A DNA stretch of 54,956 nucleotides, counting the filler, from Sphacelaria rigidula (Eukaryota): NCBI GenBank assembly GCA_964200075.2. It is 3 parts of 3 records of this genome, joined end to end, with 100 filler letters (N's around TTAATTAATTAA, not from the genome) between each part and the next. Parts side by side here need not be neighbours in the genome. Positions count along the whole stretch, not along the records: positions 36,711 to 54,956 come from CAXNAA020000888.1; 2 more parts are not named here. The stretch is one strand, 5' to 3'. This document shows positions 36,790-49,803 of the stretch, one piece after another; within the stretch, counting starts at the first letter, position 1; each line of letters starts with the position of its first letter. The notes under the pieces were generated by a model. The model saw nothing but the letters and a program-made list of their open reading frames with translations. It had not been told where the DNA came from and did not search any database. The position numbers and the translations under genes are program-made.

Positions 36790-39700
36790 ACCTCAGGAAG
36801 CCCCTCACATGGATGACTTTGGCGAAAATGATGTCGGGCATGGGAATTCCAAGCTGTTCGGTGTGGTCGGCTTTTGTCTTCTTGGTTTACATGTGAGTTT
36901 TGACTCCTCCTCAAACCAACAATTTCGCTGAGGGGAGCTAACGCGACATCCCCCGAATATTCTTATTGGTCATCGTGGCATTATACAGCGGGGTGTTGAG
37001 TATTCTGTACCTCTGGTGCATGTGCGGGTTTCAATATATTTTTCCTCTCCAATATATATTTTTCTTGGTTGAAAAATACAGGATTTGTGGTAGTGCACTA
37101 TCTTCCGCTGTGCTACAACCGGTTGGCACCTGCGCAGAACGTAAAACACTGCCTGGTAAAGGGGGTGAGGACGGAGAGCGTATGGCGGTACAACGATCCT
37201 GCCGAGAAAAAAGAGAGGGAGAAGGGACGGGGACCTGAGAACGTCTGGGCGGACGCGCAAACGCGCTTCGACCGTGCCTGCAAGCAACGTGGCGTGAAGC
37301 ACTTGGACAAGCGAGACTGGAACGTTGCCATCGACTGGGCGCAGCAGGTGATTGTGGTCGACCACCTCGTGCCTACATGATGCAGCGTGCATTTAACCAG
37401 CGCTTGCGTGCGCGCCTGGGGGTGGAGGGTGGCGGGAGTATGTAACGAAAAAATGAACGCGGGAGGTCCATGACGGGCGTAAATGAGCTGTGGTGTGAAA
37501 ATGAATGCGCCGGGTCATGTTTTGGCAGTTGTTTTGACCCCTGAGTGGCGGTCAAAACCAACGATGAACGCAGGAGGAAGTTCACCTGGTGCGGGAATGT
37601 CATCCTCCCGCCGATATTGCTGCAGTATATGTGTAGGATATCACCCCTTCCAACGACATGTTTATTGCGGAGCCAGCAGTCTGTGAAATCTAGCACTGCA
37701 AAGTTTCGGTCTGCAGTCCGCACCCGTCAGAACCGCTACGTTTACGCGTGTTTTCACGGTCACCCTTTGGAGCCTGGGGGATTGGAGCTGGGGCTCACGA
37801 ACGACCAAACGCAGTTTTTAAGGTTGTGTTCGGTAAGGTCAACCGGCCGAAGGTGGGGTATTAACGGAAGTATACAACGGGCATTTTATGGGCACATGGC
37901 CTTTCGAATCATATCAGATTGTTCGGCACAGGGTGTCAATACCCTGCAGAACCAAAGCAGATTTTTCGAAACATATTTCGGTATGGTTTGGTATGTCTAC
38001 GAGAAATCCTCCACTTCCGATTGTACCCTACAGAACTCAACCTTGGTATTCTTTGCTGACCGGTCTTTCGTGTGAAGAATGACGCAAATTATCGAAGTCA
38101 ACCGAGCACTCAAACAATGACGTGTAATGGGTGCGACTCGTATCCCATATCGGTCATATGGCAGCAGCCGAGGACAGCATAGCACAGCACCGCAGCACAC
38201 CGCTGTGTACTGCCCTTTGTGCGCCTACAGTAGTTGTATGCGGTCCTGTTACCACTAGGCATGACTCTCGGCACGATGTTGGGGAAGCGACGACGTGTCT
38301 CGATGGTGTTTTTATCAAAATGCTGTCACGTGCGACAAAGAAGTGGATTCTGTTGCGGATAGGTGTGCCAGCCGAATCCATGTTACGCCGGTTCACGTCC
38401 GGTAGTTGCAGGTGGCTTGTGCCCCTGCGTTCGTTATGGGTGGGTGCTGAAACACGTCGCTGAAAGATGCCGGGGATTATGAGATGGCCTTCATCTCTAC
38501 AAAAAAAGTAACGAATCTATATGTTGTATATAAGTATAGATTCCATATTCGAAATCAAGCATTCGTGACCTCGGAACATCTGTGGGGCTCTCAACACCAC
38601 GTCACCATGTCTACATTGTTTCAGGGCGGTGGCATGATTCTCTCCGCACACTTTTTAGTGCAACGGCGTATCTGCTGAGTTTCGGCCGCTGAGTTCTTCG
38701 CCCCTCCTTGCCGACGTGATGAGTCAAAGCTCAGCCAAAAGCTATATATATACATATATATATATTATGTATATTGGTGGACGCCAGGTTGACATCATGG
38801 GCAGATATTAACGAACGGATTGTTGGCGACATCGAACGTACAACGCTGCATGTGGGGTCTGATAGTCACTCGTGTTGACACTTCCACTTTTCTTGTGCTG
38901 TCCTCTGTCGATGATCGGGCGGGGGCGTGGGGGGGGGGTTATTAACTTCTTCACAATGGACCCCGAAAAACTCCTAGTTGTTGGATAGAGCACTAGTGCT
39001 CGAGGAACGACGGCGAAGAGACAGGGAAGCACTGCATAGAGACGCCGCGGAGAATGCCGTCAGAATGGCCAAAGAGGCGGAGGAGGCAAGAGCTAGAGCT
39101 GAGGAGGAGCGAGCCGCTGCTGCTGCTCGCGGAGAGGTATGAAGGCAGGTAGTTGGTGCGAGGAGCTGGTGAGGGTCAGTACATCACATCTCTCTCAGTT
39201 TGCGCGATTTCGTTGTCTGTTTCACATTCCTCTCTCCGTTTGCCCGTCTATCATTGGAACAGTAATGCAGAAATCCCGTCTGTTTTTGATGGCAAACGCA
39301 GGGAGGGTCATGACGGCATACGGCAATCGCTGACGACAAGTCGTAGGATGCTTGTTTTGCTGTGGACAATTCACGGTGTCACTTCATTTTCCTTTTTTCT
39401 GTTCTTGAAACCACGACGCGTCGTGGTCGCGCTGGAGTTGGTGCCGTAGTCTGGTATATTATCTAGTTTTGAATGTATACCGCCCTTCAGTGTAAATACA
39501 CGTCGACCAGCGTCTTGGTGTTTATTTTCTCCGTAGGATGTTACAGTATCCTTGCCCTCTGTTCTGGTAGACAAGTGTAGGCAGTCTACACACCTGTTTT
39601 GCCAAAAAAAATGACGCTCTCTTCCTCTTCACCGCTTGCTGTGAACGACGGGAGCAGGAGTCAACCGAGCAGCCGGGGGCAGCCAAACCAGCGGGTTCTG

Positions 39701-42700
39701 TCAAAATATCCAAATCTCTGACTCTGTGCCCGGGCGACCGGATTTTCTACTGGGATCCGGTGAGAGCAGCAGCTTGTCGAGAGGACAATGTGTGCACTGC
39801 GCGTCTGCTCCTGGTCCTATTCGTAATAGACAGAGGGCCCACCCTTCTTGTGCATACAAATGGCCAGGCGATAGTCTTAGGTCCGCTTACAGTTGCATCC
39901 CCCCCCAATCAAACGCTCCCCGAATTTGTTTTGTCATGCCCGCACGCACGCACGCCTTCGTTTCACTCCTGCTTCGCTTCTCAAATCGTGTCTCTCCCTT
40001 GATTCTTGTTCCCCCCCCCCCCCGCGTATTCGATTTGCGGACGCTGGGGGGATTGGTAGCGGGGGGTGGCTGGTGTACAGAAGTCTAGACGGGTGGCAAT
40101 GGTCCTGGAGATCAGGGATGCGGACGCGCCAAGCCAGAACCTGACCAGGCTGGTGCTTGAAAACCACGAAATGTGAGAAGTGACGACTTGATTTCGTTGC
40201 GAATCTCAACCAACGAGGTGTTTCGAAGTCTGAATCATGCAGGGGCGGGCACTTCCAGGTATTACCGCATGCTTGTTCCCTACTTCCCCATGAGTATGCC
40301 AGAATGAGCTCCCATGGCTCACGCTTTCATGTTGCGAGGATATTCCATGAAGGGTATCGTGAAGTTGGTGAAACTATACGGCACGCTTGAGACACTGCGC
40401 CCGCGCTGATTATCTACCACGGACGATCGCCCGCGTTGGGGCCCACATGAAATTTGTCAGAATTTCAACGGCAGAGGCAGAAGGCAAGTGTACAAGTGGT
40501 GATCACAAACTAATGTTTTACGGTTCGAAGTGGAGGTATTTTGACGTGAACACTGGCAGAGGCGCGATCCAAAAATCCTGCTTTCCGTACACCATTTGTA
40601 TGGAATATCCTGCCCGGCGTCCTTTCAGTGAAGTGCCGTCGAGGTTGAGTTGTGTGTGTGTGTTGCGCCTGTCTGTTGGATATCTTAAAGTATGGCAGAA
40701 GTGTGATACCCTCCACAGAGTGCAGAACATGAAGTTGTACTGCAGTATGCTGTGCACAACAGTGAAAATCAGTACGGTGAAGTACGGCAGAGAAGCTCAG
40801 CGTACAGTGTCCATGCCCACCTCTGCACCCAGACCATCAGCAGTAAACAAGCATGCTCTCCATGATAAGTAAGGCGTGTGGTATAGTGAACAACGATGAT
40901 TCAATTGAACAACGATGCCCTGCTTTCCGAAGACCTGACGGGAAGTTTCGAACAGAAGCCAGTGACTCGCAGCTGCACGAAACCAGTTTGAATTTGACCC
41001 GTACTCAGTCAAAACGGTAGAGCAGTACAGCTGAGCGTACAGTATCATCCCCTGAACGGTACAGTTTAACCTCCAACCTGCGCAGCTTCAATCAAGTCAT
41101 CATAGACGGTATAGTAGTACAGAAACTGTGCTGTCCACGTCAAGGCAAACTCCTGCAAAATCCTATAAAAACTCGATTTATCTGGTCAAATTGACAACGG
41201 TTTCTCCAGCCGCACATACCTGATCCAAGGGTCAGAGTAGGTTCATCGTCTTCCTCACATCGTACGGTATAGTGCGGTGCGGTTATCTTCGAGATTTAGA
41301 TGGGTGCTTTTCTGTTGCCCGTTCGCGCTAAACGGAGGTACTTTGAGCGATGCCCCCGTTGAACCCCGACAGTGCTGCCCCACAAGTGGGAGTCTGGCCG
41401 CGTATTGTGTGATTTATTCACGCCAACTACATGTAGCAAAAGGTCACTGAGATGGTCGGTCTGAGACATGCGTACTCCGCCCTTCAAGGTTTGCGTATGC
41501 TCCAGCTCGCACGGTGTAGGGGTGGCTCGCCAAAGATGAATACCTGGTCTCGTCATTTTTACACAACCGCTTGCGTGGGAGGACTGATTTTCAATTTGTC
41601 TCAAAGTTCTGATTAGTAGAAACGTCTCATGTATATTTTCGACCCTATTTTATTGTTTTCATTCGGAGTGCAACGCAGGTGCGAAGCTCAACTCCACATG
41701 CACATGTGGGAAATGACATCATATAGCCCGTCAGACCGCTTCGCATCAAGTGGGCGTTTTGGCTCGAGAGTAGGTTCGACCCGCGTTCGCATTTGCACCG
41801 TCAGCTCCGCTTGTTCGGTAGTGATTCTGAATTCGCCCCTTGCGCATTTTTGACCTTTGCCGTCCTCCCCAACGTTTGGTTCGCTCCGTGCGCTACAGCG
41901 TTCCCGACAACCACGTGGTGCAGAAATTCATCAGGGACAAGGATGGCCAAATAACCGAGAAATTGGGTGAGAAATTTGCTCAATTTATTCGTTTTCCCTC
42001 CAGGGTCCGTTTTTCCTCAAGTGTTATTTTATTTTATTTTTTCGTGTAATCCCGTTGTTCTTGCGATGCTCCAACGCAGCCAAGTTGGTGCTCCTTCGTG
42101 GGCAGTGAGTGTTCTCGGCAGGTGCAGCGTGTAGCTGCGCGATTCGTGCCTTTGCGTCCTGTGGTGAGGTGCTGTGTACCTTCGCCCGCCTTTACAGACG
42201 TGTATATCTGTTGGTCGCCCAACTGTGTCCACGTTTTGACTCTTTTGGAACTCGCGAAAAACAGTACAAGTTCCCACATGCGAGTTTTCGTTACCTGGAA
42301 AACGTCACTTCGAGTTCGGTGCACGAATCTGTCACATTAGTATAGTTGAGCTTAGAGTGGTGCACTGTTTTGGTGGGTGGCTGCATCATCAACACTTGCA
42401 GAAAAACAACAATCGTATCTTGCCCAAGATGACGTCAATTGTAAACCGTTATTTTCCATCAACGGTTCCAAAAGGGTTGAGCTGGCATGATGTTCACTCG
42501 AAAAGTATCCATCATACTCACGTGTTTATCTGAGAGCGCTGAAATGTCGACGCTTTGGCGCAGACCCCGACTATTCTGAGGGTCCTTTGCTTGCAGGAGC
42601 ACTGTACACTGAAAGCAGTACAGGTACCACAAATTTCATGCTGGCACACATGGAGCTCAGCCGGGCTACGTTGGAGTTGTGGAGCCAGCGTTGGTTGCGC

Positions 42701-45700
42701 ACCAACACTCATGCCAATTCATGTTTTGCCCTTGGACAGACCACAGGGCTAACCAAGTGCGGTACTACAAGCTGACACCAGGGAAGGTCGAGGGCGCCCA
42801 GCCTCGTCGGGACAAGCTCATGGAGGGGTTGATAGACGGCATGCATAAAGTGGTGAAGGATATGGACGCGGGAGATCAATGGGTAAGAAGACTAGTCGCG
42901 TAAGAAATCCTGCTTTGGCTCCGTTCGTCGCCAGTCACATAATTTCTGCACCAGAATATTCCGTACGTCTACCGTGCGGGAGAATTGCCAAGGTTTGTAG
43001 TTTTTGCATGACAATATCGAGAGTATTTTCCGGAGCGTAAGGAGTCATGAACATGTGTCGTGAGCGCAAAACCGCCGACAATGGTTGTTGCTCTGTTGCT
43101 GTTGTTGCTGCTGTCGCTGTGCTGCGATTGGACTGTTACGCGGAAGGGCACATGATTTTTTGTACGGGAGCAGTGCGTGCTGACAGCCCAGTAGAGTTGC
43201 GAAAATTGGCCCACCAGTTTGTCTGACCGGTTATTGGTCATAAGTGGATAACTTTTAGGCATTACTTCCAGTTGAGCACTTATTTTCGGCGACGACGACG
43301 GACACTTTCGTAACTTGTCCCTTCCATGTTGTAGTGCCCACATCCGTACAAATTTGTGCTACAAAATGCTTCGGGTGCCCTGTAGAGCAGCACATGTGAT
43401 TATATGGCAAACACACGCTCACTTGGCAAGGTCACACGCGGACCGAGTGTCGCGGTACAATTTTCACCTTGTTGTGTAGTTTTCAATGCAAGCGGCGAGG
43501 TTTGACGGCACTTCTCGTTCTACTCGTACTTCTTGAATAACCTTCTATGTACCGATCTAGAAAAGATGAAAAAAAAAGGTGTCGAGCCAACTGGCATATT
43601 TTTTCCTTGCGTCTGGCGAAGCCCATCACTAGCTGGGGAGGCAGGGGCAGTAGCGTGTCTTTTCCGCTGGCCTTCCAGTTCTAGCTGATTACTGAGACTG
43701 GTGGAAATATGTGCTTCCCAGTCAACTGGTTCTGTGAACCGGTTGGCAGCGACGCCGTAAAACACGCCACTCACCGACGAAGCTAGGCAACTAGGTTACC
43801 ATTTGTTTTCTTTCTCGCTTGCGTTTTTTTTTGCGGCAACCATGATGGTGGTCGAGCTAGATCATGATGTGCGGGGCGGGAGAAATCAAGGGCGCGTGAC
43901 AGGGATAATCCGACTACGTAGTGTTTGAATGGTGAGACACTCATGAGGCAGTGTGTAACCCATGGCTGTCTCTGGATGTGGCGATGCCAGAAAATGAAGC
44001 AACTCATTGGAGGCTGTCATCTGAATACAGGATGAATAGTACGCTTCGGTCCGAACAATCATGGCAGGATGCAGCTCACCCTTCATGCGACTCGCCGAAC
44101 ACACCACGGCGCTTCATGCTTGGTGATTGCGAGCCTGGTCCAGCAAAAGCCCGGTGTGCTCTGTCTCGGCTTTGTAGGGACGCGAGGTCAATGGTCTTAT
44201 GTATACGACATGCAAGATCATGAGTACGTCCCCCTCTCGGATATGCGTCCTTAACTTGCACCAGGGGCGGTCGGCATACTCGTAGCGACTTGCACTGTTG
44301 AAAGCAGTGATTGCCGCCGCGCGCCCATTAGTCAGACTGGTATATACTAGTTAGGGTCTGAATCGCAAATGTGGAGTCTTCCTCATCGTCACCATCTGAA
44401 AACATGAGAAGGGGGGTTGACATGCTTTTAAAAGCGAAAATCGACTGGCTGCAAGAGTATTGATTCAAAACCCGATTTTTGGGTGCAAGGCAGGCGCCGG
44501 GGTGTACTCATGATCTTGCATGCCGTGGTCATGTAATCAAAATCAGTCACCAAGCGCGAGACGCCGTTGTGTGTTCGGCGAGTCGCATGAAGGGTGGGCT
44601 GCATCCTGCTGAGATTCTTCGGTCCGAAGCCTACTGTTCATCTTGTATTTTGATGACAGCCTCCAATACGTTGCTTCATTTGGTGGTGTCGTCAATTCTA
44701 CAGACAGCCGCGGGATCCACACTGCCTCATGGATGTCTCGCGATAGGCACTGGGGTAGAGATCGATTGATGCCTTGAGATTTCGGACTTTTCCCGACTAG
44801 GGGGCGGCGAGGGGGCAAAGTACCACAAACATACCAACAAAATTATTGCAAGGGGGTGTTGGGTAGGGTGTAGCCGAATCCCGGGTATTTTTGAATAGTA
44901 TTACTCTCACTACTCGAAATATTGGTGACGGTATCAAGATTGTACCCGAAGTACTCAATCTTTGGGTGGATGTTGAGATCATTCCCGGCGCCACCCAAAA
45001 TCTGAGTAGAGTGTTGAAGGCATATCCAAGTGATACTCTATACCCAGGCATTTTCTAAGCGTACTTTTTCAATGTTTGAGTAGAGAATCAAGATCATTGC
45101 CAACTCTGCCCAAACTTTGGGTAGCGTACTGATGTCAAACCCAACTTTACTCATTTTTGGGGTGGAATACTGAGGTCATACCCTACTGATACTCTACACG
45201 GGTATTGCTGAGAGTACCCAACCCTATTTTTGATGGAGTGTTAGTATCATGCCCAAATCTCCCCAATATTGGGGTAGGGTATTTGAGATCTTAACCAATC
45301 TACCCAAAATTTGGGTAGTGTGAATACCTGTGTATTATTCCCGGGTACTCAAAAGTATACACCCTACCCCGACACACCCTTGACTTATTGGTAATTTATC
45401 CCCCGGCCTAGAACTACAAGTATGTTGAGAGCTTTTTCGCGATTGGCACTTCTTCATCTTTGCTTTCACTCCTCGTCTTACGTATGCGCTTCTTGTTTGC
45501 TTTGGCGGCACGACTCGCTCCACGCTCTCCTGTCAAACAACAGCGTGGCGGGTGGACTGAGAAACCAGGTAGTACCGACGCTGCTGGCGGTGGCAGTAGT
45601 ACCACCAGCACTTCCCAGGGTACCCGTGCGTCAGATTTGAAAAGTAGAGACAAGGAGCATCGCCAGGTAGGCAAAAAGGGGAAGTCGAAGAAACAATGGG

Positions 45701-46926
45701 ACGGTAACGATGAAGAGGTAGGAGACGAGGGGACGACCGGGAGACGAAAACAACACAAGGGTGAAGAGGAACACGTCGTGAAGGGCGGGAAGGCTACGCC
45801 GAGGAAGCAAACGAAGAGTGTCAAGGAGAGTGTGGCGGAGAGCGAGGAAACTGTGCGGTCTGGTTCAAAGAAAAAGCAGCAAGGTGAAGCAGAAGAGACG
45901 GTTGGCCGAGGAGATGAGGCCATCGCGCAGCAGCAAGAGCGCAAGAGGAAGCGGGAAAAGGCGGAAGCTTCCGTGGCGACGGCGGTGGTAACGGAGCACG
46001 ACTGCGTTGATTCGAGCAGCCAGAAGAAGCGAAGAGGACAAGCAGGAAATGGAGATGGAGGAGACACACGCGCGGGAACGGGCTCTGGACGAAAGCTCAG
46101 AACGCCTCAAATCGATCCCTCCTCTTCTACCCGGCTTGTCAAAGGCAGTGGCACGGGAGATAGAGGTTCGGATCTTCCGACAAAGTCGAAGAAAATATCC
46201 AAGCTTGTGAGAAGGGAGGACGTCGTGCAGTGGCGGGACAGGAGCGAAGGGGTTGGGACCAAGGAACGCCGAGTTGGCTCGCGAGACGACGGAAGGACAA
46301 GCGGAGAACATGGGCCAGGGAAGAGAAGAGCAATGGAGGTTGTAGGTGTCAGGCAGGGAAAGAATGGACCCAGCGACAACAGAGGGGCTGCGACTGCGGG
46401 CGCCAGGAAAACTTACGATTCAGATGACGATTTCAGCATGGGCCCTACCAGGAAGACCCCTGCTGTGGCGGGGAAGGCGGCGACGGCGAGTAGGGGAGAA
46501 CGAGAAACTGCAGACGGGGATGTTCGTAGCTCCTCCCCGAGACCGGACAAGGAGGAACGAGATAACGTACAATCCGATCGTGCATCTTCAACGAAGAAAA
46601 GGCGGCAAGAACGTTATGACAGGTACGCGAATAGTGGCGAAAACGTTGCTGCTGCACGAAGGGATGGGAAGGCAACGGAATTGCGGCAAACGGGTAAGGG
46701 CAGACGAAAAGACGCCAGTGAAGAAACTTGTGCCAAGACGGAAAGGCGTTCGGATTCGAGGAGGACAAGGCGGTCATCCTCCGTTGGTGTTGTTGGCGGC
46801 AGGAGCAGCGTCCACCGTGATACCGGCAGGGGTGCTGGGGGCGCTTGCCGGGAGAATACACGGCGACCATGTGTTGGAGAAGCGGAGACCGGGGAGTCGG
46901 ATAAGGAAGCTGAGTTCACCTGGTAG
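36790..46926 (+). CDS. Uncharacterised protein, 5'-partial, 8 exons: PWWP-like segment, coiled coil, Tudor/SH3-like segment, long basic disordered tail
   Basis: Phase-consistent exons: 36790-36860 (least sure), 37082-37347, 38978-39136, 39658-39759, 40081-40172, 41899-41966, 42740-42882, 45544-46926 (TAG). Peptides include PQEAPH..FVVVHYLPLCYNRLAPAQNV..DWNVAIDWAQQLL and LCPGDRIFYWDPKSRRVAMVLEI..LVLENHEIVPDNHVVQK. The domain names are inference. Confidence 0.72.
43930..44228. mobile_element. LTR-like interspersed repeat, copy 1
   Basis: Reverse-complement match to 44503-44742. Related pieces at 18357-18458 and ~32903-32950. Confidence 0.7.
44503..44742. mobile_element. LTR-like interspersed repeat, copy 2 (inverted, internally deleted)
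   Basis: Starts GGGG-TGTACTCATGATC. ORFs 43951(+) and 44543-44818(-) share NEAT.WRLSS.Y.MNS.LR.E.S.QDAAHPSCDSPNT. Confidence 0.7.
44849..45382. mobile_element. hAT-type MITE with internal tandem motifs
   Basis: TIRs caagggggtgttgggtagggtgta / tacaccctaccccgacacacccttg. Flanks aattattg / acttattg form an 8-bp TSD with one mismatch. Repeated cccaaa..ttgggtag motifs occur inside. Confidence 0.75.
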
Positions 46927-48172
46927 TTCGAGAGGAGCACCGTAGTTGGCGGAGTACACAACTCGCACGTGATGAGAGTTCCCAAGATCGTCTCGGGCAT
47001 CGTTTTGATCCGCCCACCCAAAACGTCGTGGCATCGGAGAGGGCTGGTGTAAATGTGTCCGTGCATACGCGCTTAGGGGAAAGTCCGGAGTGTTTTCTCT
47101 GGAGAAGAAGTGGAACTTGAGAACAGTATCACATGCGGGGTGTGTTCTCCTCCATGTGCGCCATTCACCGTGAACTATCGGGTTCTCTTAGTCTGTAATC
47201 AACGTACAGGATGCAAAGAAGGGGCATGGTCAGGGAGGGGGGGGGTAGACGATTTAGTGGCTCGTGATTTTGTCGTTTGTTTTCTGGGGGTGCATGCGCT
47301 ACCATGTACCTACCCTGCACGCGTTCTGAAGCTGCGAAGTTCCGTATACGCACTATATTGCCGTAGTTATTTGCCCGCGGGCGGCCGCGACGGCACTACT
47401 CAAACCGCGAGCATACCTGTTCAACGCATCTGGATCTGAGGGATGGATCAGCCCACTGAAGGCAGATTTTCATCCCAACGTGTGCTGGCGACCGACTGTC
47501 GTGAGTTATCCCCTCCAGGAAAACCTGTGTGCGTTCGTCTTTTGATGAAGTGTTTTTGTAGTATCCGTGCGGGAGCCCGGCTCTCCTGTCGAATGAAGCG
47601 AGAGGCTTCAGCAGTATCCCAAGTGTCGCCGGTCAGTGCAGTGTAGTACAGTGCAGTAGATTAGAGGATCGACGCCGTGGGGAAATCAGCCGTACCGCGT
47701 CGGCGATGGGGTAATGGCATGCGCTCCAGTGCGCGGAAGGGTGTTTTTACGAGCTTTAATGGGTGTAAGGTGTTCGTTATTTGTGTTATGTTGATGATTT
47801 GTCGTCCTTCGTTACCAGTTCGTCGGTCGGTCAAGTGAGAAAAGGGGGGAAAAAACGGGAGATATCACTCTCATATATTTATGTTTTATATGGCCTGACT
47901 TAACACTTTCTTGGATATTTTTGTAACAGACAGATGTTACGGGGCGGGGTACGTACATGGGGTACATCCACGTGTTTCTTCCTCGGTAACTTCGGCCACT
48001 CGTCACTCTTCCCATCGCTGTCGACACTCTGTACCTCGCCTGGAAGGGCCCCTGCGTCGTCTGTGTGTAGCGCAAAATTTTGTATCTAGTTGACCTAACT
48101 TTTTCAGACGCTGACGTGTGGCAGGTATCCCAGGATATGTCTCTTTCTGCGGGAATCACTGTAGCTGTATAT

Positions 48173-48680
48173 TGTAGCCCACCGGGTAGGATCTTCACGA
48201 AGTATCTTCTCTACCTGGTTTCGCAGCTTCCTCGTGACTTCATTTTGACGGCCTCCCTCGTCGTCGACGGTTGTACTACTGCGTGCCAAGTATGCCAGAA
48301 CTTCCTTTCATTTTTTCTAGGTGAACCCTTGCAGCCGTACACTGTAGCCCCGAGAGCTGGATTATTTCACGTGTGTTCTCTACCTGATTCGCGCCCCCCT
48401 CGTCATTTCAACTTGACGGGCGCGCTGCGTCGTCGATGGCTGTACCACCGCGTGTCATATGTGCCAGAACGTTCTTCCATTGCTTCCAGGGGAGGATCCT
48501 TGTATTTTCACATCGTAGCCCATCAAGTGGAATTCTTCACGTTTGTTCACCTGGTGCGCAGCACTCTCGACATTTCAACATGAACCTGCTACTACGTCGT
48601 CGATGGTTATACAACCGTACAACGGACTGCGCCGTCGACTTGAGTAATTCGAAGCATGTCACAAGTGTCTCCGTTCAATC
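48173..48680. repeat. Diverged tandem repeat, ~170-bp unit, 3 copies
   Basis: Anchors (t/c)gtagccc..ttcacg at 48173, 48343 and 48514, each followed by ..cgtcgtcga(c/t)gg.t(g/a)tac. Confidence 0.75.
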
Positions 48681-49070
48681 GCTCGGACCCGCGACCAGGT
48701 GTTCAAAAAGCTCCCCGCGGCAAGACCTCACAAGGGGGGCATCGTCATTGAGGGAATTCTTCCTAGACTTTGGCCTGCAGAGGTCGTGAGTAACAAGCTG
48801 CAACCCCCTCCCCCCCCATCCCCCACCCCTCGAAGAACACCTCCTGTCATTGATGGTCGTGTCGGGCGACATGAAATCTTTAGATGGCCCTATCGCGACG
48901 AGCTGCAACGCGCTGTGGTCGTTCGATTGTGATGCATCGCAGTGTAATACGGTATCTGCGACGATGGAGTGCGACATGGCAACATGTCTTGTCGTTTTCA
49001 AGCGTGAATACAGAGGGAACGAGGTCGACAATTGGTTATCGCAGGTTTTCTGGTGGGAACAATCAAGAGT

Positions 49071-49731
49071 GTAACTTGCCTCCGCTACTATTAGTCTTCG
49101 ATCAAGTGACTTCGTCCATCCATGCTCAGTTCAAGTCACTATCCTAAGCTAGTCTAGGATTAAATGACTGGTTTCACCCATGCTCAGTTAAAGCTACCTG
49201 CCTCAGCTGTTCTAAGATCAAGTGACTTGATTCACCTATACCTAGCTCAGGTGACCTACCTCAGCTGTTCTAGGATCAAATATCTTGACTTCACCTATAC
49301 TGAGATCAAATATCCTGACTTCACCTATACTGAGATCAAATATCCTGACTTCACCTATACTGAGATCAAATATCCTGACTTCACCCATACTGAGATCAAA
49401 TATCCTGACTTCACCCATACTGAGATCAAATATCCTGACTTCACCCATACTGAGTTCAAGTAACCTGCCTTAGCTAGTCCAAGATCAAGTAACTTGATTC
49501 ATCTATATATTTAGTTCAAGTAGCTTGCCTCAGCCAGTCAACGAGCGAATGACTTAGCCCATCCCTACGTAATTCGAGAAAACCTGCCTCAGCTAGTCTA
49601 AGATCAAGTAACTCGGTTCACCTCTTCTTGGTTCAAGTAACTCGCCTCAGCTAGTCCAAGATCAAGTGACTCGGCTCAACCATACTCAGTTCAAGCGACT
49701 TGCCTCAGCTAGTCCAAGACCAAGTGACTCG
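49071..49731. repeat. Minisatellite: alternating ~29-bp subunits with a homogeneous 30-bp expansion (about 6 copies, ~49274-49453)
   Basis: Subunits tcaagtaacttgcctcagctagtc(c/t)aaga and tcaagtgacttg.ttcacccatactcagt alternate. The core unit is gatcaaatatcctgacttcacc(t/c)atactga. Confidence 0.92.
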
Positions 49732-49803
49732 TCGTTCTTTTCTCCCAGGCGGGTGCCAACATCAACCGTAATCTCCTAAAACACCTCAAACCCCGCCGGC
49801 TAC

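Noticed and set aside
43951..44818. Duplicated small protein genes (NEATxWRLSS...)
   Set aside because: The peptide similarity simply reflects two inverted copies of a repeat element.
49274..49453. CRISPR-like array of 30-bp repeats
   Set aside because: The repeats are head-to-tail with no unique spacers, there are no cas genes, and the context is eukaryotic.
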